DNA of 64,000 bases. Origin: Tubiluchus corallicola. Taxonomy: Eukaryota; Animalia; Priapulida. Numbering within the stretch: position 1 is the stretch's first letter; every line of letters starts with the position of its first letter. The stretch is taken from contig JAQGDQ010000013.1 of NCBI GenBank assembly GCA_030141605.1, positions 1,254,447 through 1,318,446 on the forward strand. The letters run 5' to 3'. The notes under the pieces were generated by a model. The model worked only from the letters and a program-made list of their open reading frames with translations. It did no database searches and was not told the DNA's origin. Shown here piece after piece: positions 1 to 12,700 of the stretch. The translations under genes were made by a program, and so were the position numbers.

Positions 1-2
1 TA

Positions 3-206
3 AAGCAAGACAGGCGTGGGCTGGGAAGCAAGGAGGTGGGAAAGCCTAAAATAACCCATTTTGGCCCCAAAGATAAAGCAGCAATTAAATCACAAAATAA
101 AGTTAGGAAAATGAAAGAATCAACACTGTCACGTAAGAAACGTCAGCGTCAGATTACTAAAGAACAGGCATGGGAACGAAACTTTAGACAGTATTTTGAT
201 TCCTGA
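3..206 (+). CDS. GPANK1: 3' end (last coding exon, partial) of G-patch domain and ankyrin repeat protein 1
   Basis: Frame from nt 3 reads KQDRRGLGSKEVGKPKITHFGPKDKAAIK...TLSRKKRQRQITKEQAWERNFRQYFDS* (TGA 204-206). This resembles the remembered G-patch end and C-terminus of human GPANK1 (KRDQEGLG...RVTHF...AWERDLRTY). Not in the ORF track. Confidence 0.8.
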   Translation, partial: KQDRRGLGSKEVGKPKITHFGPKDKAAIKSQNKVRKMKESTLSRKKRQRQITKEQAWERNFRQYFDS

Positions 207-738
207 AGAAATTATTGACTTATTGACTATTGTAGACTGCCATTACATGTCAATGCATATCATGTAATTGCTGTAAAGAATTGCCTTTATTACATTGTCG
301 ATTTTTTTGTATTAAAACGTTTTATAATATGCTAAATAATGGCATTATTAAACCTATAAATTTAGAAATAAAAAAATAAGCAACTTGTGCAAACATATAT
401 TATAAATAAGTATTAACAGCCACGTATATAAAAAACTTTCAACAGAAAAGTTACCAGCTTGTTGTTAATGCCAGCACATTACATAATAACAATACATCCT
501 AGTCAAAAGTAATCCCATTTCAGCAAGTAATCTTTGATGAAAATCCATTGTAAATTCTTGAAATGATTTCTTGAATCACGGATTTGTAGGCAAACATTTT
601 AAATGGTGTTCATCACAGCTTAGTAGCAATCATGTACCAGTCTTCAAAATGGCGTTCATCACAACCTAGTAGCAATCGCGTAGCAGTCCACATAACACAG
701 CTTAGTAGCAATCGTATACCAGTCTGCAAAAGCACTTG

Positions 739-856
739 TCAACCACCATGAAGTGTAGAAATAAAAACTATGGAGTCATTAGGTTGAATTTCGTATTCTA
801 AACCACCCTCCAACTCCCAGTCAGCATTGTTTATTAAAACCAAAATTCCAGGTCTC
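739..856 (-). CDS. URM1: URM1 last coding exon
   Basis: ttcttacag acceptor; [38 protein letters not shown]. Confidence 0.95.
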
Positions 857-3126
857 CTGTAAGAAAAAAACTGTTTTTTTAGATGTGTTATAAACATAAA
901 ATGGAACAATTCTCATATCCGTATTCCGGAAAGTTCATGAGGTTTTTGCAACTTTGTTGACATAGCGCAAAACCGCAACATGGCTGCGTGTGCATAAACC
1001 TTTGGCTATATTTAGCTCCTGTTGCATACACAAAAGAGCAAAGTTATGAAAACTGAATCATTGATTCTTAAAAAGCTACACTATTATTCTGCAAGCAGTA
1101 AACAATTATTTGCAGACAGAATTTAATTTAACTTAATTATTTCCATTGACAACATTAATAATAGAGGTACTGACATGTGAAAAGTAAGTCCAAACCAAAC
1201 ACCATTTTGTTATTAAGGTTTCCTATCTACTTTTTACTTTGCTGTGCTTGTAACAATATTCTACTAGTAAAAAGTTAATTAAATTATGACGTGTGCAAAA
1301 AGGAAAAAGAAAAAATAACAGAAATGGGGAAAATATTAGAAGCAGACTTAAAGTCATATCATTAACTATGATAACATATCATTATACCTTAAGTAAATGC
1401 ACTACTAAATCAATGGCAGTACTAAGCAAGGCAGATGCATAAATTATTGCAAGATTCGAAGTACTGACAACTAAGCTGACTTGTGTTTTTTTTCCTTTTT
1501 CATTATGTTTCCATTTTGCTTATGTTGGCTGTACAACTGAGCATAGTATATTTAATGTATGTGTGCTAGCAGTTTAGCCTTGATAAAATTCTTAGACTAC
1601 GTAACCTATTCATAATTTTCATATACAAATATGTGATGTAGATTTGTAGTAACATGCTATAAGTATATTTTATTTCTTTTTTGTTCATTTTAATGTGGAA
1701 GTTCTATAAAGTACTACTGATGTTAAAGGAGTTTCAGTTTGAAGAAACTGAAAAGGTGCCTTACAAGTGCACTTAATTAGGCAAAAATGTAATGCTATGC
1801 ACTGTACTTCAAAAGAGAATCTTACACTTGTACATATAAAACTTACACAGTGTCTCCCTGCACAAATAATTCTGGTCTTTCCTTCAGCAGGTTGACCTTT
1901 ATCCATTTGAGAAGCTCCTTTACTGTCCCTGAAATTTATGTAAAATTTGAAGAAATGTCCTTAGACATTACAGACATCATTCACGACTTCCAACGCTCCA
2001 CTAAGACCACTTGAAAAACTAGTCGTTTGCTTTACTAAAACAGACTTTCAAAATGTCAAAAAGGACCACCATATTAATAACTGTGTAAGCCAATCAGAGT
2101 TTTTATCACACACAACTACATTAGGCGTATTTATTTAGTGTTATCGACTTTCGTTGTTTGTTTGTTTCCATTCATTTTGGAAAAGGTAAACTGATGTCAT
2201 TATTTACCTATTCAAAGACAAAATCCTAAACACTTAAAATTGCTGGATTTGTATAATTCTATAATTATGCTATTGATTACTTAGTGAGTGGTGATAGTAC
2301 TCGCAATCTGTGCTGAGTCTGCTTTGTATGTGTTTTATTTTTAATCGATAAATAAAATCAAAGTTACAGGTTTGGTCTACATTAAATACTTTTCATGACA
2401 AAATTTAAATAAAAGAATTTTTTGTGACGATATATAATGAGCATGAAAAAATTATTGTAATGATTTTTGCATGAGCCACGTAATGTTTCAAATTATCAAA
2501 CAAAGTTTCTAGTAACTTACAAGTTCCAGTAGCCACTGGTGGCAGCACCACCTCATGCTTCTTCACTTTACCAAATAACAGCTCTGCTCCACCACTGAAA
2601 AGATAAATAAATCATCATTAATTTATTTTCACTATAATTACATTCCTTAGAAAAATTTAAAAGAAATTTCAAGGGATTTATTGCACAAAAGTAAGTAGCT
2701 TAAGTATTCTTGCTTATTCATGAATATGTGACATTACCATTAATACACCCCCAATAGTATCACTTGCTATAATTGCATTAAAAGTAGTTTAAAGTAAAAT
2801 TCTTTGAAATTGGTAACTTTTTACCATCAGCACACAAATAATTGTAAATTAATGGCTGGCATTTGCAACAATTGCATTAAAAATAATTTAAAGTAAAATT
2901 CTTTGAAACAGGTAACTTTTAAACATAAGCACACAAATAACTCTAAAGAATAATAGCACAAATAAAATAAACTAGGCAAATTAAACAATCCAAAAAACAA
3001 GTACAAATATAAAAGCAGAAACAACATCTGAAGCAGATAAAATTCGAGAGCATGTATATATAAAACCAAAGAGTGAATAAGCATAAGACTGATGTACACA
3101 TACCTGAACTCTAGTACAATGTTCAT
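739..3126 (-). CDS. URM1: Ubiquitin-related modifier 1, 98 aa; complement(join(739..856,1847..1928,2521..2594,3104..3126))
   Basis: Four GT-AG exons with compatible phases (23+74+82+118=297 nt) translate to [23 protein letters not shown]...[35 protein letters not shown]...VFISTLHGG*. These are diagnostic URM1 motifs, with the C-terminal GG. Confidence 0.96.
1847..1928 (-). CDS. URM1: URM1 coding exon 3
   Basis: tttcag / gtaagt boundaries; [28 protein letters not shown]. Confidence 0.95.
2521..2594 (-). CDS. URM1: URM1 coding exon 2
   Basis: ttttcag / gtaagt boundaries; [24 protein letters not shown]. Confidence 0.95.
3104..3126 (-). CDS. URM1: URM1 first coding segment (exon probably spans 3104-3237 including 5' UTR)
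   Basis: ATG at 3126, MNIVLEFS, gtatgt donor; upstream acceptor tattttcttttag at 3238-3239. Confidence 0.9.
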
Positions 3127-5876
3127 ATTCTTATGACTCTTTATTATGGTAGAATCACTTGTTCGTCAACGCAAAATTATCGTCCCCTTTGTTGTTTCAA
3201 ATATTGACCTCACTGATGAATATTTGCTTGAATCAATCTAAAAGAAAATAAACCTACTGTTTTGAAACTACCTAATACAAAACAAATATATAGGACTTGC
3301 TTTAAGGAATGGATGTTGAATGATAGCAGACTGTGATTTTTCTAAATAGTCCATGTCCTTAAGCCCTGGGAATGATTGGAAGACCATTTGCTGTTTTATC
3401 TCAACAACTTTGTGATTACGCTTACAAACTTTCCCCGGACATGTCCTCTTTTTCATGCTAAAGATCATCATCCAATTGGGTTTTCATTGATCTGAATATG
3501 TCCAGAATTTGTCCAAGCTCTTAAATGAATGAGTTCAAACTGTCAAACAGTTTCTCTCCGCCGATTAGCTGGTAGAACTTCCAGTGGAGAAGACCGTTCA
3601 TGACACAAAGTCTTTGACAGAAGCTTTTAAAATATTGCAAACTCAAAATGAACTTTTTTGCCTAAAATGCAATGGACAAGAAACGGAGAGCAAAATTATT
3701 CGTTTGACCAGTACGATTTTAGAAATTACAGGACTTATCAGTTACTGTTCAGAAAAAAGAGATCTGTAAGTAAGATGTGAGCAGGTGGCAAGGAAGATAA
3801 CAATAATTAATGACTTGAATTTAGCAAGTTCTTCATTCCTCGGCCAAAACAAACCATCATTTGAATTAGTCATTTCATTTTACTAGATGCTTTACCAAAA
3901 TGTTTTAAATGTCTTAAAACTGACGCGCATAAAATAACAAGTTTCTTTCAAATTTATGATCTCCCAAATAGTTAAAAATGCAACCTTTATTCGGCCTAAT
4001 GTTCTCTTTTTTATCCAGATACAGAAGTAGTAAGCCTATTCAACAAACTAGATGTGAACGTCAGACATTGTTGGACATGCAAATCCGCAAAATATAAGTA
4101 TGCAGATCCGTAAAATCCACAATAGATTAACAAAAGTGGATGTAGGGAGTAAAAACTGATGGCCTCCAGGATCTCCACTAATCCAATTAATCGACACTGT
4201 CGAAAACTTAACTTTAACATTTAACTGTGTCTAAGTTTTGTCATTTAAATTAAATTCCAATTTGTGTAACACTGGATTTCATTTAACTAAAACCACAATA
4301 AAATCATCAATGATCAGAGCAGCCTGAAAATTTTTACAAGGCATTTTAACAGCTGTGAAATATTTTACTGACTGGTGCCTTAAGTACTTTTATTAATAAG
4401 TTTACTTTATTAATTTACTAATATTTAATATTAATTAGAATACTAATATTATAATATTATTAATCATATATATATATATACTAATTAATATAGAGTATGT
4501 GAGTATATATATATACAAATTATGTAAAATTACTAATTATTAGTAAGTACTTTATAAGTACAATATACTTTACGTTCTAGTGTATGATGACTAGTTTTTG
4601 TGAGGAAGGATCAGTACCAAACTAACCAATTTTCATCAAGTAAACAATCAAATTAACCACATCACAACAGCCTATGAGCAAACTCTGCATTTCTATTATT
4701 ACTAAAAATACAAGAAGGTAACTTTACTCTGCACATCTGCAAATTACGTGTTGATTTTGAATCCACAAATCTGCACATCTCTGTGAATGCCATACAACTG
4801 ATCCTATTCCAAGTTTTCTCTAAATAAAGGTTATACTACTTGAATTTTTACCACTGTGCCTATATAATTGTGACAAGCTTCATGTCCCAGTAGATAGCGA
4901 TGCACCAGCTCACGTGAGTGGCGTAAGGTTGCTGTGGGTTTGAAATCCACCCTAGGCAGTATTATCTGAAACCTCGTCTGTTTAGCTCGTTAAAGGGAGG
5001 CAATATATACATCCAAAAGTCGCTGAAATACCACCGATGATTAAGTGCCTCATTTTAAAAAGATATCCTTAATAATGAGTCAAAACGCAATTGCACAATG
5101 AACGTCCTGTTAAGCAAGCCCTATCTTTGAGTGCTTGCTGGCATGCAGTGTGGCTAACTGTACAAAAAGTTGCAACGTTATCGATGTGATTGTATTTTGC
5201 TGTGTGTACAATAAACTTCGCATTTACTAACTTGCTATCTAGGACTTTAAAGCCTCAATTCGCTACGATACTCGGTCATATGTTTGCAGTTTTTTTTAAT
5301 CAAAAATATACTTCTTAACGGATAAGTTTTCAACGTATATATATATATATTATGGTTATACTCTTGGGAATTATCAACTTATACTAAATTACTATAGACA
5401 ATTAAATTAATTATGGTTATACAAGTACTCATTAACGCCTCAAACAATTACAAAGTGTCACTGGCTAATCAAGATTTGTTTTACTACATACTTCATTAAC
5501 TCTTCTCTTAAGACAGCAAAAAAATAAAGCTATAAACTCCAACTCAGAGAAAATTTCACTATAGCAGCTATCACGTGTAATCATGCTGTAACTGCGTGTA
5601 GCGTACCAGTCTACAGCAGGGTAAATAAAGACGGTAAACATAGCTATTGATTAATCAGTCAAAATAAGCCGCTCATTTAAGTCAATCAAACAGTGACAGA
5701 TTTTATCACCTATCAAACATCTTTAATTTTAAAAATTATTATTTAGTTTTAAAAATATCTCTCTTGCTCTTTTCTAATTCCATCACATATAAAGTCGTAC
5801 ACCTATTAAGAAGATTAAATTTTGACATTGCTTAACTTTGGTTGCTACGAAGAAAGCACTAGACATGTTTACTAAC

Positions 5877-5950
5877 CTTTTCTGTTAATCTCTTCTTCCT
5901 CTTTTCTCCATTATTCCCTTCCTCATTGTATTTCTTCTTTTCTTAGCCAG
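5877..5950 (-). other. URM1: Candidate non-coding first exon of URM1 (5' boundary unknown)
   Basis: Purine-rich stretch ending in AAG|GTTAGT donor at 5876; the exon at 3104-3237 begins with an acceptor, so an upstream exon is needed. Confidence 0.45.
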
Positions 5951-6490
5951 TATATAGTAAGCATGCAGTAACTAAGCACCAAACAGTAGTGCGTGCACTT
6001 TGCATACATCAGTACATCAATCCTACATCGGTACGTTGTTTGCCCACACCAGTGGAGCGGGGCACTACTAATAAAAACTTTGAACGTGATAGACTTTGAA
6101 AGTGTGGTTTGCACTTGAAAAATTGGCGTCGTATTTTACTGTACTATCCCTATTTTACTGTACTTATCACGAAAACGAAAAAGAATGATAATTTGGGAAG
6201 GAGTTTCAGCTGAAAATCGCATGATCTTCGTGGAGTTGGGTGTTATTCCAAAACAATGATTATGAAAAAGTTTATTAGTGATATAATGAAAAAATGTCGT
6301 GAGGGAGGAATTACAAGTACGTCTAGGTTTATATTTTTTTATTTATCACCGTGTCTTTGACTGTTCAATGCTCACCTTGATAAAAGTCTAGGCAGCGACC
6401 TGAAGTGAACAAAATCACTTCATCTTTGGTTTTCTCTTGATTTCTTCAGTTCAATTTCATCGGTTTTGCACAGGTTGCGTCAGTGTCGTC
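5950..6490. promoter_or_regulatory. Putative bidirectional promoter between URM1 and GARS1
   Basis: About 0.5 kb between divergent 5' ends; direct repeat TATTTTACTGTACT at 6132-6145 and 6151-6164. TSSs are not visible from sequence. Confidence 0.45.
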
Positions 6491-6550
6491 ATGCCGCATG
6501 GTCACGGAAAGTGTCTAGTTTTCGTTAATTTCTATGTCATTGCTATTTAG
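6491..6550 (+). promoter_or_regulatory. uORF (19 codons) overlapping the first GARS1 ATG out of frame; a second 6-codon uORF at 6498-6518
   Basis: ATG CCG CAT ... GCT ATT TAG ([19 protein letters not shown]) spans ATG 6534 and stops 145 nt before ATG 6696. Confidence 0.5.
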
Positions 6551-6758
6551 TCTGAACAGCTTGTGTAGGGTTAGGCCGTCTAGTGATTTTTCAACGAATA
6601 AATTCCGATATTTATTTACATCCTCTTCTTTCTGCTGGCCTTCTTCGCGTTCGTGGGGCTTAAAGAAATTAAGGAAATACGGACTTGCTAAAATAATGGC
6701 TGGTGATCCACGTATTGAAGAAGTGTTGGCGCCTCTGAGAGTATCTGTCAGAGAACAA
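6534..6758 (+). CDS. GARS1: GARS1 exon 1 (leader peptide + start of WHEP)
   Basis: ATG 6534 and ATG 6696; ...[14 protein letters not shown] then gtgagt donor. Confidence 0.9.
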
Positions 6759-9700
6759 GTGAGTTTTTTCCACAGTCTTACCTGCTTTCATCTTTGACAT
6801 GACTGTATGTCATTGGTCGTTAAACCAGATGCATTGGGGCACACTTGCAATTTTGCCTTGCTTTTCAATTCCAGTTTCAAATTGAAAACCCTAACCTGAC
6901 AGTAATACTAATACTAGGAACTCTAGTGCAATTCGGGTATTAATCCGCAAGAACTCCTGAAATGTAAACCATTGTCAAGTGAGTAGCCGAACTGTCACAT
7001 AATTATAAACATTTCGACACTATTATTAATATTATTAAGTATTAAGGAATGCTGAGGTTTGTCCGCAAATGGTTTGTGGCTGCATGAAGTTTATACTCAT
7101 TCTGGACACTTTCGTACTGAGTCGGACATTTTACATCATTGAATAAGATCTGAAAATGTATAAGATCATGTATAAGGTTGCCTCGAGTGATAAGCGAGGT
7201 TCTGATTTCCCCGCAAACGTTAACACTAAGTATATTGTGTCCTTAGAGTTTGATTCAAGTTGGCAGTGTGCTGATCTGTACATACATTTCTATGTATACG
7301 AAAAGAGTAGAAGTTCTAGACTTTTAGTTTGGACGTAGTAGCCCATGTTCCCGGAAATTTATTTCAGCCTTTTTCCAGTTGGGAGGTTACAACTCCTCAT
7401 ACGTGTATACACCTAACCTAAAAGCAATAGAATTTTTTTTATATACACTATAAATATCTGGCACAGCTTAAACTAGAAACTATACACCTAACCTAAAAGC
7501 AATAGAAATGTTTTTTATATACACTATAAATATCTGGCACAGCTTAAACTAGAAACTATTCAGTGTCATTTTTGTGTCACTATTATGACGAAAGTGTTAA
7601 ACTACAAGTATCAGTCGTATGTGGTGAATGTGTGCAATCTTTGTTTTAATTTAAAAAAGCCTATCAATGTCTAATAATAACGTTGCTCTCTTTCAATATG
7701 TAAAGTAACTCAATTCCGTCATCGTTATTTAATTAATATTCCTTGTACTAATATTACATATAGCTACCATATCTACTTATTTACACGCCATTAATTGGTT
7801 TCACTTACTTCGGGTGATTCGGTGTATATAAAGCTTCATTGCTTAACACAAATCATTCCACTGAGGTTGACTGTCAGTCGTGGCAGTTGAAACATCTAAA
7901 AATTTTTATGCTTTGCTTTATATTTTAGTACTTGTTATTTTATGTAAAAATATTTTTTATAATGGAAAATTTCTAGATAACGTATAGCTAGCTTAAAAGA
8001 GCCAAATTTTTTAAGCATGTTTTCATTATAACTACATTATATAGTGTACATTTGCATAATTTTTTGCGTTATTGGACAGTGCTTATTTGTATAAGCTTTA
8101 GCTAGGCATTAAGTAGTTATAATTTCTGTCCGTGTTCATAATTTTCACTATAAGTTTTTATAAAATATATTTAATATTCACTTTTAACACATTTCCGTTG
8201 ATTTTCAAAGTTTCTCAACTTTTGCTATTTTGTGAATTGAATTCACAGTGACCCTTTCTTGTTTTGCTTTATTTGTGCAGTGCCACTGGTATGTTATAAT
8301 AGCATTTTAAAAATGTGTGCAAGATGCTGTTTTTAATTTTTTTCATTTCTGTTTAAAAACCAGGCTGAGTTGGTGAAAAAGTTGAAAACATCCGGAGTTG
8401 ATGAATTTGATCTGAAGAAGGCCATAATGGAATTAAAGGCTCGGAAAAAGCTCTTAGAAGACAAGGTAAGCTAAGTTATGCAGATATTTTCCACCTACCT
8501 TGACTTCTTTATTTGCATTTGCTTATGTTGACTTGTGCCTATGCTTTCTTATAAGACTCAGCAGTTGTGATGCTCAGAAGCAGTTGAACAAAAGTTAGTA
8601 GATTGTCTTTTTTTTTTAAAAAATATAATGGTACTCTTTATAATGACTTTGACCTTGATCCTCAGCTAGGGATGTCAAAATACAGAAACAGTGGCATTAA
8701 ATTCTTATTTTTCTTCCAGCAATATTGCTTTCCCATAAGTAATTTTAAACTGGTTAGCTTTATCTTTTGTACTGCTGCCTTAGCAAGTTTTGATGGCAAG
8801 TTCTTTATTGACTACCTTTGTACAAGGGTTAGATGGCCGATAGTTGGTGCCCTTGAGTGGACATCCGAAGGTCAAATGTCTAGCTTGTTTTAGATTAAAA
8901 ACATGTCTAGCACATTAATCTGATATCAAAATGAAAAGCATTCCAGTTCTTCAATGGCAGATTTAATATGATGGAAAATGCGTGGTAGTGATTTCATCAT
9001 AGATAGTTTTAACTCAGCATATTTACTCATTTTAAATTTCGTGCTTGATTAAAGGTCCAGCTGAATAATCGCCCAAGGAAACATGGCTGTGTTGTAAATC
9101 ATTATATTAAAAAATGTTGCTCATCAATCTCAGCTGACATGCAAAATTTACTGTTTCTCGTTCAGCAGTGAGATTAACATACAAGAAACATGTTTATTAA
9201 ACAGCATGTAATGTCTGCTGTACAATGTATTTCAGTTTTCAGTCACTTAGTGCGCAATTGCGCATCACAGAAAAGGGACGGCAGTTGCCTTATTCAACTT
9301 GCAAAACATATATCGTTCTGAAAAGTATTTACTTTAATCATTTGGAAAAGTATTTATTTATTAATCATTCAGCATTACTAAGCATGTTATAATTATTGTT
9401 ATGGCTCTTCGGCAAATGGGATTTTTAAGTTAAAAAGATGAGAAGTGCCCAGACAACACTCTGCCCTAATACATAATACTTGGCTAGTTGGCAGGTCCAC
9501 AAATTGTATATCATTTTGAAAAGTATGACATTGTTAACCAGTGGCTGTTCGAGTAAGGGCAGTTTCACTGGTTCATGAAAAAAAGTCCATAAGTTGAATA
9601 AATATGGCATTTCATTAGTTTTGCTGTTCTTTCCATGCGTCAGTAAAATGAAGGCTGTACCAGACAAACAGCTTTGTACTAGGTTATAAACAGATTAATG

Positions 9701-12700
9701 TTAAAATTTTGTATTCTAGGAATTTGATTTGCTGCCTAAAGAATTTAGTATCGACAGACTGAAGATGGAAGACTTGCTGAAACGACGATTCTTTTACGAT
9801 CAGTCGTTTGCAATTTATGGGGGTGAGTTAATTTAACATAAAAACTTTATGCTTTGTACAGAGTAATGTTTTTATAAGGGACCAGCTGTTATAGTGTGAT
9901 GTGGAAAGTGCTTGCAGACTTTAGCTTGTGGAACACTTTTAACTCGGTTGGTATTGTACCATTGTTGTAAGCCAGTTCTTATTACATCTTATGCTATTAA
10001 ACTTCTGTTCACTGTGACTTGGCCGTAGAATGCAGAAGCTTTAATATTCCAGTCCAAAAAGTGTACCATTGCTGAGCTAATTATTTCTATACAATTATTA
10101 TTACACACAGAAAAATCTTTTACTTTCTTTTCAGCGAACAGTTGTTAGAGTTTAACAAATTCTAGTTATTTTAATTTGATCTGTCAAATAAAATAACAGT
10201 TATTATTTACGATGTTACATGTGAATAACTTTCCTGCTTGCCAAGAACAAGTGGCAAAACATGAAAACACAAGTTCATTCAACTTAAACGTCTGAAAGTG
10301 TCACAAACGTTGATTTATCACTTGCAGAAGCATAAACCTGTTTGCCTTTACTGGTACCTGTTTCACCCTTTTAGTTAGTGGCACAAAAACTGCTCTATAT
10401 TTAGTTCTTTTTCTGTCTGGGTTGCCCCAAGCAAAGCTATTTGCCACTGAAAGTAAGCAGCTACTGCTAGCATAAATACAGGTGCAGAAAAATAGATGGC
10501 TGATGCTTTATTCTGCTGATCCTTTCTTGGCCCAACTGAGGTCAGAAACATGAAAACAAATCAATTGAAACGAATTTCACAAATAAGTGTCCCAAAGAGA
10601 CAGCTGAATTTATATAAACCTATTTAACATCCATTGTCACTAGTGGGAGAATTTTGAAAACCAGTAGCAAATGAGTATTTCCTGAAAACTGTGACTTAAA
10701 TTTAAGAAACATTCAGCTAAAATCTTCCCCTGGGGGATCTTGCGTAAGTTAGCTGTAAGTGAGGTTTATTGTAACAGGCGGTAATTTGCAGGGTTAATCG
10801 TAAGTCTTACCTGATTATATTGGCACTCTCCCAGGCGTGTTAACAAGCTGAGGCAGTGACTCAGATATGAGTGCAGTACTCCACACAAAGTTTGCTATTC
10901 ACTTGATGTGTCAGGAGTTTGATATTTTATGAGCACAATACAGGAATTCTGCTTTTTTTATAAAATAGATTTGATAGGGCATATAAATTCAATCTCATTT
11001 CTATTTTTTGACGACACACAACGAATTACCAATCAGTAATTTCTTTAATATTTATTTATCATAGACTTGTTTTTTGGAAACTTTATTCCCTTAAACTGTT
11101 CATTAGTTGCAAAGCAAAGCCAGGCATAAGGTTAAACTTGTGCAGGTTAAAAGAGTACATGGGGGTGTACTTCACAATCGAAGTTAAGCAACGGCAAGGT
11201 TAGTTAATGGATGAGTTTCATCTTTGAGTGGTTTCATTAGCTTCAGGCAGTTTTGTGGCAACGTTGTGCACATATGAGTGCAATTCAAATTTCTTTTAAA
11301 TCACTATCTTTTATTACGCATTTGCTAGTTTCAAGCAAAGGCACATTTTTACTATTAAAGTTTTCCCATTACACACGTATCTGGGTTTGCCGGACAAAAG
11401 CGGGGAAGAGACATCCATCCGAATTTGTCGATGGTCTGCATTTACTGATACTAAGCTAATATAGTAGGCACTGTGTATTAGGCTCATGGTAATGTGGAAT
11501 CACTTGCCTAATTGTTTCAGAAATGTCTAGTACAGGCCACTCCTATGCAAAAGTATAAAAACTCTGCAAATAACTCCGCTGTCGTTACACGCTGCTTGCT
11601 TGCACTGATGTAGTGCTGGGCTATGGGGGACTTCGACTTAATGCTTTCGATGCTGTTACCTCTTTTTGTAACAGACATTATGATTTTTATATAGTTCAGT
11701 ATTGTGTGAGCTGGTCTTCAACATTAGGGCTTACTCACTTGTTGTGGCAAGACAGGTGGCTTACTCACTTGTTGTGGCAAGACGGGAACTATTAGTCAAG
11801 GATAATCCTGTAAGATCAGACACTAGTCTCGTAGTGGTGTCTCTGCCATATTTGGATGTTTTTATATTCTCCTTTAAATAGTATTGCCCACGGGCTGTAT
11901 GGCAAGTGAATAGACTTGGTGTTTTTAACTTCAGAAGTTTAAGTATTCATCACGTTTACTCGACCTTTTATCTCATCTTATATTAACACATTTGCTAATG
12001 TTGTAAACTTGTGGTAAAACTTGTGCCAGTGTGTATTTTAGCTTAACTTATTTGAAAATAAACTTATTTTAGGTGTTGCTGGTCAGTATGATTTCGGACC
12101 AATGGGCTGTGCACTAAAGACAAATATTCTTGATTTGTGGAGGAAGCATTTCATTCTAGAAGAGCAGATGTTAGAAGTTGATTGTTCTATGCTGACGCCT
12201 GAACCTGTACTGATGTAAGCTGAATTGGCACTTTTCTAATGAAATGTTTTGAACTTCAGTCAAATATGTGAATGTACTAAATAGGTCTGTAACGATCCAT
12301 CATGATATTTTTTATTACAATATGCGTATTGCCAAAGTGTACACGTGTCGTGATAATCTGCATCAATGATATTTAGTAAATTAGCAAGACTGTATGCAGC
12401 AGTATGCTGGTAAAATGATGTGAAGTAATTTAAGCTATAGCTACAGAGTTTACTGTTGATTTACAATCAGTGCAGTGAACAGCAGTTGACTTGACACAGA
12501 CACAGCTAGCAAACAAATCGGTTGATAATGCAAGGTATCTGTAGTAAGTTAAGTACATTGTCTACATATAGACTTGTGAAATGGCAAAAATGAACCAGAA
12601 AATGCACAAGCAGTTTTTAACCTAAAGTATTGACATCTTTTGATTTATGTTATGGCTTACGATGCAAACAATAGCCTGTGCATCACACACAAGTAATGAA

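Noticed and set aside
4895-5000. tRNA gene or tRNA-derived SINE head (B-box-like GGTTTGAAATCC)
   Set aside because: No cloverleaf can be drawn and no second copy is in the window; at most a decayed SINE.
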